Made by a program: the position numbers and the translations under genes. A model generated the notes under the pieces. It saw only the letters and a program-made list of their open reading frames with translations, made no database searches and had not been told where the DNA came from. Positions 15,259-21,953 of a DNA stretch of 21,953 bases are shown one piece after another (the stretch's first letter is position 1; each line of letters starts with the position of its first letter). Source of the DNA: a virus; IMG/VR virus record IMGVR_UViG_3300029156_000002, positions 85,023 to 106,975 of that record; one strand, given 5' to 3'.

Positions 15259-18200
15259 CCTAAAACCCTGAACTCCCCATCGCCATAGATGAACGACTTG
15301 CCGCCGTTCCAACTGTTGACCTCAAGATCAACGCGCACAAATTTGCCAACTTTCAAGCGTTCCTTTAGGTTTTGCCAACTTCTAGGGAAGAAACTAGCTT
15401 TAACGAATCCGTCATGCCCCATGAAACCAACGATCGCCATCTCGTCGCCCTTCTTGGTAACTTTGGGTTGCACGCTGCAGATGACTCCAAGAACGGGCAT
15501 GACATCAAACTCCCCAGCGAAACCGCGTTGCTTCATAGCTTCTAGGTCAGCAACGGCGATCTGTCGCTCTCGCTGTGATGTGTACTCGCGCATGATAGCG
15601 GGATGTTTACCATATGCGATATCCGACCAAACGCTTTTGTGCTCTCCTGTGCGCAGGTTTTCAAGCGGAATAACAACTTCTGCGTAAAGTTTTGACCAGC
15701 GGCCAAGCGGCACAACGTAAGCAAGGATCGGCGTTCCGTCCTCTGCAGCCTCTTTGCAGTGCTCAAAGACATTCCAACCGATCTTGATGCCTACTGAACC
15801 GCCTGAGTCACTTTGAAGCTGAGCGTTCACAAGCTGCTTTCCGTAGCTATAGTGCTTCTTCTTGGCTTCAGAAAACGTCTCGTCTTTGTATTCGACGTTC
15901 TCAGCGTGCCGCAGCTCTCCTAGCGTGCCAGTAACCCAGCAAGCCCGGCCGTTATACTCCGCGAAGAAATGCTCATCTGTAAAATCCGCTGGTTGGATCG
16001 AAAGGCGCCCGAGCAGTTGAGTATATGGGTTCTCAAGGCTCATCGGGTTTACAATCGTCTGCATGACAAGGCGCTCTTCGTCCGTCCAATCAACGCCCAT
16101 GTCGGCAGCCTCTTCGAACGCGTCTGCCCAGCTTGTCCATTTCTTAAGCTTGGCTTTGTGAAAGAATTCGTCTGCATTCTCAACAAACCATTTCGTGTTG
16201 GGGATCAGGTCTCCCAACGCACCAGCTTGCGCAAGCGCTTTAATCGCGCCAGAGTTCACGCCCCGACGAGGGGTTCGGTTGTAGAAATCGTCAAACGACT
16301 CGTATGGCTGGTTAGCAACGATCGCTTTGGCCGCAGCTGGGCCAACTCCGTTGATGTCGATAATAGCCCCACGAATTGCATTCTCTTCGCGGTCGATGCT
16401 AAGTACGTCGCTAGACTTAGAAACATCTGGGGGAAGCAGCTTGATCCCGTGCGCCTTTGCGTCGCGAGCAAAGCTGCTCATCTTAGATTTCTTGCTCTCC
16501 GTCAGGATCAGCGCCCAATAGAACTCAAGCGTGTGGTGCACCTTCAGGTACTGGCAGAAGTAGCCGATCTTCGCGTAGGATACGCTGTGGCTCTTATTGA
16601 AACCGTACCGCCCGAAAGTGCAGATGTCGTTGAAGAGTTTTTGCGCAGCCTCTTCGGTCATGTCTTTGGCTTGACAACCTTCCCAAAACTTAGGCCACTC
16701 TTCTTGCAGCGCAGCGAGCCCCTTGGACTTGGCGATCTTCTTGCGCAAAGCATCAGGGTTCTCATAGCCTGCAAGCTCAGCTGCAATATACATGATCTGC
16801 TCCTGATAGATCATCACGCCGAGCGTGTCTTTCGTGATCCGCGAAACGATCTCGTGGTAATCCATTTCGATCAGTGATGGGTCCGCCTTGCGCTTGACGT
16901 ACTCTGTTGCCATGCCTGAGTCCAACGGGCCAGGACGATTCAGGGCGGTCATATCTGAAACAGCTCCGAAGCTATCGAACGTGACGCCTTTGCAAAGGTT
17001 CTTGGCGCTCACGCTGTCGTATTGGAAGACGCCGCCAAAGTCCTGCGCTGTAAAGGCCGCAAGTGTCTTAGCATCATCCAAAGGCACGTCAGCGAGATGA
17101 AAGTTCGGGTTGCTTTTGCGAATCTCTCTGTCAGCCTTATCGAGCGTGTTGACTGTGTTCAGACCAAGCATATCGACCTTCTGAAGGCCAAGAGCTTCCA
17201 CGCCGCCCATATCCCAGGCTGTAACTACAAGGTCTTCGCCGCTCTTCGAATCTTTGCGCTTCTCAAGCGGGATGAAGTTATGCAGAGGGCCGGGCGAGCA
17301 AACGATTCCCGCAGGGTGCACGCCAACCTGGCGCGTCAGCCCTTCAATTTTGGCCGCATAGATCTCAAGATCGGGATACTCTTCCTTAAGGAGCTTACCA
17401 GAGTCGGAGCGCGTTAGCCCTTCGTTCGCGAACGCATCAATCGCAGTCATAAAGAAACGCGGGTCGCTGCTCTTGCGCTTGACGTCAACGAGCATCGTTA
17501 CTTCATTGCAAAGGTAGCTGGGAACCTTCAGAGATCGACCAACGTCATTGATCGCGACCTTCCCTCTAAGCAAACCGAACGTGCTGATCTGAGCGACGGA
17601 CTCTTTTCCCCAGCGCTCCTGCATCGCTGCGACCAAGTCGGCGCGGCGCTCGCCATCAATGTCAACGTCGATGTCCGGAGGATTGACGCGGCCTGGCGCA
17701 ACGAAGCGCTCAAACGATAGCTTGTGCTCAATAGGATCAACGTCTGTAATCCCAAGCACATAATTCACCAGCGAACCAGCGGCCGAGCCACGTCCTGGTC
17801 CAATTGGAATGTCCATCTCGCGACACATATCCAGAATCTGCACAACGTAGAGGATGTAGCCAGAGAACTTCAACTCTTTCAGCGTCTTCAGCTCTCGATC
17901 TAGGCGCTCTTGATAAGCCGGGTCGCTGTTATCGAGGCATGAGTTCGCAAGCATTTCTAGCTCTTCATCGACATCATCGAAACCAAGATCGGGCATGATC
18001 AGCGCGAACGGATCAAACTCGATCTTAGCCGTACATCGCTCAGCAAAGTTGACCGTTTCTCTGCATGCTTCGTCCGCCAAGCCCCGATCGACCCCTAAAT
18101 CTTCAAACGCTTTCAGCATCTGAGCATGCGAGCGGAAAAAATAAGAGTCGATCGGGAGCCCTGCGATCGAAAGCTCGGAGCGGGGATTTCCGATGTTCGC

Positions 18201-18956
18201 TAGCATCTTCTGATACTTCAAGTCTCCTTCACTCACGTAGTGAGAGGCATTCGTTGCAAGGAGTTTTGCGTTAGGCAGCTTATCAGCCAACTTGATCGCG
18301 AACTTGTTTGCTTTCGATTGTTCAAGCAGTTTATGCGGGCGAATCTCCAGATACATTCGCTCGCCAAACGTGTCATAGAGCTTCTGTGCCACGTCCAAAG
18401 CTTCGCGGCGCTTCCCTGCAAGAGCTGGGGAGTTCACAGCGCTGCCAGGCCCACCCGTGCCTACCGCAACACCCTCTGAGAGCTCGCAGATTGCGTCCAG
18501 ATCGACGCGCGGCTTGTAGTAGAACCCTTGGAGCCACGAGCGCGTGGTCAGCTCATAGAGGTTCCTGAGGCCCTTATCGTTCAAGGCCCAAAGGGTCAGC
18601 GTTGTAAGGTCGCGTTCGCTTCCCATGTAGCCATGCTCCCGCTCGTATTCAGCGATACGTTCCGCGTGCTCATGGGCCATCACGCCCTCTGTAACCTTAG
18701 CCTTTTGTTCCTTCGTCAGGCCTTTCTTGCTCATGTCTCGCGTAACGTAGACAGTCACGCCAAAAATGGGCTTAATTCCGTGCTCGTTAGCTTGCTTCTG
18801 AGCTTCGTAGAAACCCCGGAGCGAGCCAATTTCTGTGAAACCGACCGCACCCATCCCCAGCACTTTAGCTCTGAGAATGTAATCCTCTACCTTGGATGCG
18901 CCAGTAAGCAGCGAAAAGTCAGATACAGTTGAGAGATGGATGAACTTGTCGGACAT
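15255..18956 (-). CDS. dnaE: DNA polymerase III alpha subunit (family C)
   Basis: PHP domain, GPGRGSAAGS, PPDIDVD, HPAG, KVDMLGL, GVFQ, YQEQ, YGFNKSHS, HhH and OB-fold C-terminus. Confidence 0.97.
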   Translation of the reverse strand: MSDKFIHLSTVSDFSLLTGASKVEDYILRAKVLGMGAVGFTEIGSLRGFYEAQKQANEHGIKPIFGVTVYVTRDMSKKGLTKEQKAKVTEGVMAHEHAERIAEYEREHGYMGSERDLTTLTLWALNDKGLRNLYELTTRSWLQGFYYKPRVDLDAICELSEGVAVGTGGPGSAVNSPALAGKRREALDVAQKLYDTFGERMYLEIRPHKLLEQSKANKFAIKLADKLPNAKLLATNASHYVSEGDLKYQKMLANIGNPRSELSIAGLPIDSYFFRSHAQMLKAFEDLGVDRGLADEACRETVNFAERCTAKIEFDPFALIMPDLGFDDVDEELEMLANSCLDNSDPAYQERLDRELKTLKELKFSGYILYVVQILDMCREMDIPIGPGRGSAAGSLVNYVLGITDVDPIEHKLSFERFVAPGRVNPPDIDVDIDGERRADLVAAMQERWGKESVAQISTFGLLRGKVAINDVGRSLKVPSYLCNEVTMLVDVKRKSSDPRFFMTAIDAFANEGLTRSDSGKLLKEEYPDLEIYAAKIEGLTRQVGVHPAGIVCSPGPLHNFIPLEKRKDSKSGEDLVVTAWDMGGVEALGLQKVDMLGLNTVNTLDKADREIRKSNPNFHLADVPLDDAKTLAAFTAQDFGGVFQYDSVSAKNLCKGVTFDSFGAVSDMTALNRPGPLDSGMATEYVKRKADPSLIEMDYHEIVSRITKDTLGVMIYQEQIMYIAAELAGYENPDALRKKIAKSKGLAALQEEWPKFWEGCQAKDMTEEAAQKLFNDICTFGRYGFNKSHSVSYAKIGYFCQYLKVHHTLEFYWALILTESKKSKMSSFARDAKAHGIKLLPPDVSKSSDVLSIDREENAIRGAIIDINGVGPAAAKAIVANQPYESFDDFYNRTPRRGVNSGAIKALAQAGALGDLIPNTKWFVENADEFFHKAKLKKWTSWADAFEEAADMGVDWTDEERLVMQTIVNPMSLENPYTQLLGRLSIQPADFTDEHFFAEYNGRACWVTGTLGELRHAENVEYKDETFSEAKKKHYSYGKQLVNAQLQSDSGGSVGIKIGWNVFEHCKEAAEDGTPILAYVVPLGRWSKLYAEVVIPLENLRTGEHKSVWSDIAYGKHPAIMREYTSQRERQIAVADLEAMKQRGFAGEFDVMPVLGVICSVQPKVTKKGDEMAIVGFMGHDGFVKASFFPRSWQNLKERLKVGKFVRVDLEVNSWNGGKSFIYGDGEFRVLG

Positions 18957-18960
18957 TCGT

Positions 18961-19512
18961 TTATTCTTCTAGTTTGGCGAAGTGAAGCAGAACAACTTTT
19001 TCGACGTTGTTGTTTGCTGCGAGTGTCTCGCAAATTGACGCAAGCGTTTCGCGGTTAAAACCAGTCCCTGGAGCATCGATGAGTGCTTGTGACGCTGATA
19101 CTCCATCAGGGCCCGCAAAGCTGTAGGAGACGAATGCCTTGAAGCTAGAAGGTACCTCGATCGCCTTGGCAACATCAGCAGGCATCCAACCTAGACCCTT
19201 GGTTGCTTTTTGCACGGGATGCTCCGGGGGCGTCTTGTCCATATTCGCGCGATGGACTTCAGCAAAGGCCGCTTGAAACTCAGCTTCGCTATAACCCGCT
19301 TCAAGAATCGCCCCAAGTGCAATGTAGATGTCGTCGCAAGCTTCATGCAAGATGTTGATGGAATCCTTGTTTCGTATCGCTTCTTTGAGCTCACTACCCT
19401 CTTCGTCGATCATGTCGCAACGCTTGTCATCGACAAACTCTTTAGAAATATCGACGGAGGAAAATGGAAACATACCCATTCGCTTGTGGAAGTCTCTTAC
19501 TTTATTGAGCAT
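18961..19512 (-). CDS. MazG-like / PRA-PH-type nucleoside triphosphate pyrophosphohydrolase with extra C-terminal domain
   Basis: VRDFH, EEGSEL, E.CD..Y...G, F.EVHRANMDK and K..GW.P motifs. Confidence 0.85.
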   Translation of the reverse strand: MLNKVRDFHKRMGMFPFSSVDISKEFVDDKRCDMIDEEGSELKEAIRNKDSINILHEACDDIYIALGAILEAGYSEAEFQAAFAEVHRANMDKTPPEHPVQKATKGLGWMPADVAKAIEVPSSFKAFVSYSFAGPDGVSASQALIDAPGTGFNRETLASICETLAANNNVEKVVLLHFAKLEE

Positions 19513-20104
19513 AACTTAGTTTCTCCATAATCTTCGCTAGGGAACGTTCTAGAACTTCATCTGTAGAGGCAAGCGCGTCGACAACTAAAAAATCATCCGT
19601 GAACGATTCGACAGTGTCCATATAAAGACCTCTAATCACTTTTTGTTGTTCGATGTTTTCCATTGCATCACGGGCTTCAATGCGATCGGAAAGTTTTTCA
19701 GGGTCAGCGTCAAGTAAAATTGTTAGGTTAGGGTCTGGGAATATTCGGCACAGGTCCCAGCAAATATTTTTCGTTGCGCCGAATGCAACTTGATACACAT
19801 ATGTGGAGAGCTTATAGCGGTCCGTCAACAAGATTGATTTATCGTCCTGAAGTTTTGGTTCGATAAGATCCAAGCAGTGTAGTGCGCGATCCGCAGAGAA
19901 AAGAACCGCCATATAATCCGGCGGTGCTTTGACTTCCGAGCGACCTTCAAACTGTTTGCGAATTTCTATTTCAAGCGCACGATGCCAGGGCTCGCGCGTC
20001 ATTATGACGTCTGCTTCAGGTCGTTCGATCTCAAGTCGATTTCTAAGCCTGCGAATCAACGTGCTTTTGCCAGATCCGTCAATTCCTTCGATTGAAATTA
20101 GCAC
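19502..20104 (-). CDS. tmk: Thymidylate (dNMP) kinase
   Basis: ISIEGIDGSGKST, TREP, LFSADR, DRY..S..VYQ and P.LTILLD. Probable GTG start at 20104 after AAAGGA. Confidence 0.92.
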   Translation of the reverse strand: MLISIEGIDGSGKSTLIRRLRNRLEIERPEADVIMTREPWHRALEIEIRKQFEGRSEVKAPPDYMAVLFSADRALHCLDLIEPKLQDDKSILLTDRYKLSTYVYQVAFGATKNICWDLCRIFPDPNLTILLDADPEKLSDRIEARDAMENIEQQKVIRGLYMDTVESFTDDFLVVDALASTDEVLERSLAKIMEKLSYAQ

Positions 20105-21090
20105 AGCAATTCCTTTCGTGCTACAACGCATCGAGCCATTGTGTCGTCAAGCGTACAAGACTGATTCCAAGTAGCATAAGGGCCAACGAGCATTACGTTG
20201 CTTGCAAAGCAAGCCATCTGGGGAGTATTCCCCACGTATCCCTTCAGGTCAAAAATTACGGAACTGATTTCGAAATCATCCCCAAACAAATCCTCCATGT
20301 CGTCCGCTACGCACTCCGGCGAATACTCTGTATTGGCCTCGCATGAGTAGAACTCTCCAGCCATAGTCACACGATGAATCGCGCTAAGATATGGCGTATA
20401 AAAAGAATCGCAAAGCGTAAATTCTGGCTTGATTGTCGTAACGTTATAAACAGAAGTTTTCGTAACTTCTGCGGCGGAAACGCCATGCTGAAGTGTCCGC
20501 TCAGCTTCCCAGAACGGACAAGCATAAACCAGAAGATCGTATTCTTCTACATGCTCTTGACCTGTATTCATGTCTGTATAGCATAACAGGGACTCTTGCT
20601 CGTTTACGTAGGTCACATTTCCGTGAACAGGGCTCGCAAAGTCGATCAGTTTTCGAGCCAGTTCAACGAAATCGGTTTTCGTGTACTCTTCCCCATCTTT
20701 TTCCGCATCGCTAAAGGCTTGATAAGCTTCTCTGTCGTCCTCAGCGTCGCGAAAACGAGTCCTGCGAAATTGATGTCTGTGAAGGGCTTCGGAATCTTCT
20801 GCGTTAAGTTCGTTCATAAGTTTGCTAAATGAGCGAAGCTCTCCATTCTTGTCCATGATGCCACTAGCAAGCTTGTATTCTGAGTGCTCAAGTTCAAAGT
20901 AATCAAGCATCGCTAAGACTTGCTCAGTTGGCCGAAGCGCACGAAGCGGGCCTGCATTGAATTCTAGTGTTCGATGCGAATATGCATTTAGGTTGCGGGT
21001 AATAACGGTTGCATCAATGGACGGAAGGCCGGACAGTACCCAGTTTGCTACGAGGCCGTGCATCCCTGCACCAATAATAACTACTTTCAT
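20098..21090 (-). CDS. FAD/NAD(P)-binding oxidoreductase (UDP-galactopyranose mutase / protoporphyrinogen oxidase-like fold)
   Basis: N-terminal KVVIIGAGMHGL dinucleotide-binding motif, EEYDLLV and C-terminal NVMLVGPYATW....LDD. Confidence 0.8.
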   Translation of the reverse strand: MKVVIIGAGMHGLVANWVLSGLPSIDATVITRNLNAYSHRTLEFNAGPLRALRPTEQVLAMLDYFELEHSEYKLASGIMDKNGELRSFSKLMNELNAEDSEALHRHQFRRTRFRDAEDDREAYQAFSDAEKDGEEYTKTDFVELARKLIDFASPVHGNVTYVNEQESLLCYTDMNTGQEHVEEYDLLVYACPFWEAERTLQHGVSAAEVTKTSVYNVTTIKPEFTLCDSFYTPYLSAIHRVTMAGEFYSCEANTEYSPECVADDMEDLFGDDFEISSVIFDLKGYVGNTPQMACFASNVMLVGPYATWNQSCTLDDTMARCVVARKELLC

Positions 21091-21755
21091 GCGCATTCCG
21101 CCTTTCGAATAAGTTCTTCCATCTCTTCCACCCCGCCAAGCGTTGGCGTGTACGTAACCTTGTGGCTTTCCCCGTGCTCGTCAGTAATCACCCAGCGGCG
21201 CGGGAAAGGACTGAGCGGATCGCCTGCAGGCTTCCACAGCGCCAGTGCTGAACCTCCGTTTGGCGTGCTCGCCTTGATGCCTGGGGGAGCGTCGAAGGGC
21301 ACACGACCAAGCCAGACAATCCCATCAGCTTCCCACAAGCTATCCCACCAACCAGCAAAATGAGCTGGGACAAGGGCGCCAACGTTTTTGTGCTTGCCGT
21401 CTTTTGCGCAGCGCTCAACCCAAGGCCGCGGGCGAGAGTAGTTTCCGTTGACGAACGTGTTACCGATCCAGTCTGCTTTCGTGCCGTCTTCTTCGGGCGT
21501 GTCACCCATATAAACGAAGCACCCTTCATCTTGGTTCATGAACTCCGCAGTGTGCGACCAAGGATTAAAGAACGGGTCTGTGTCGATCGGCCCAATCAGC
21601 TCGCGGTAAATCTCTAGGACCCAACGCGGCGTGCACCAGCAATCACGCAAGGCGTCTATCATTCTCTCATGAGGTTCTTTGTTTCGAGCTTTGTTCGGGA
21701 TAACTGGCTGATACCCCTCAATCAGCAAGTGGGCGTCTTTTGCATTAATGATCAT
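21087..21755 (-). CDS. Phage Dam-family DNA N6-adenine methyltransferase-like protein, atypical catalytic motif
   Basis: D.W.TP.W, IDTDP, EEDG...DW, FVNGNYS (in place of NPPY), WV..C, LVPA...WW and GRV.F. Confidence 0.75.
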   Translation of the reverse strand: MIINAKDAHLLIEGYQPVIPNKARNKEPHERMIDALRDCWCTPRWVLEIYRELIGPIDTDPFFNPWSHTAEFMNQDEGCFVYMGDTPEEDGTKADWIGNTFVNGNYSRPRPWVERCAKDGKHKNVGALVPAHFAGWWDSLWEADGIVWLGRVPFDAPPGIKASTPNGGSALALWKPAGDPLSPFPRRWVITDEHGESHKVTYTPTLGGVEEMEELIRKAECA

Positions 21756-21952
21756 TTAAAGTCTTTTCTGTGGCTAAAGTTCAGTTCCCCAGCCTCAATA
21801 AAGCTGACTGCAATACTAGCGACCAAAACGGCTTTTAATTTGTCGCAGTCGCGAACTGTAGTTTTGTAGTTCTGAACGTTGCTATCCAGAAAGTGCTGAG
21901 GTTTGAGTAATCTCTTTATCGCTACTGTGCGAATATGATCGTGACTGGGAAA
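21752..21952 (-). CDS. C-terminal part of an unknown protein, truncated by the window edge
   Basis: Open frame ...FPSHDHIRTVAIKRLL...SHRKDFK ending in a TGA that overlaps the methyltransferase ATG. Confidence 0.65.
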   Translation of the reverse strand, partial: FPSHDHIRTVAIKRLLKPQHFLDSNVQNYKTTVRDCDKLKAVLVASIAVSFIEAGELNFSHRKDFK

Positions 21953-21953
21953 C

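Noticed and set aside
9838-18956. Inteins or introns in nrdJ and dnaE
   Set aside because: Lengths are normal, frames are continuous, and no splicing or homing-endonuclease motifs were seen.
422-21869. Numerous plus-strand ORFs, including 15969-16877 (302 aa)
   Set aside because: They are antisense shadows of well-supported minus-strand genes and have no motifs.
1-21953. Genome-wide TAG recoding (genetic code 15), suggested by the CUA element
   Set aside because: Long genes are intact under the standard code, and TAG ends genes at natural C-termini such as NrdJ CMAGACDL.

Overview
This window looks like part of a dsDNA bacteriophage genome. Genes are densely packed, all on the minus strand, with frequent ATGA/GTGA/TAATG start-stop overlaps. 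In transcription order (right to left) it contains: a phage Dam-family methyltransferase with an atypical motif IV, an FAD-dependent oxidoreductase, a dTMP kinase, a MazG-like pyrophosphohydrolase, DnaE, a patatin phospholipase, an HU-like protein, a probable SSB, a three-element tRNA cluster (Asn with a long variable arm, an aberrant CUA tRNA-like element, Thr), class II ribonucleotide reductase, a RuvC-like resolvase, a 5'-3' exonuclease, an Sm/Hfq-like small protein and a DUF5664-like dATP/dGTP diphosphohydrolase. After a terminator and a near-consensus sigma70 promoter comes an accessory unit: P-loop kinase, lipoproteins, a small alarmone hydrolase-like HD protein, small orphans and a PRS-like plus NAMPT-like pair matching the NARP1 NAD+ reconstitution pathway. 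The best leads for novelty are a possible non-canonical nucleotide or DNA-modification module beside dnaE and the amber-anticodon tRNA-like element. All protein assignments come from motifs recognised by eye; no searches were run.
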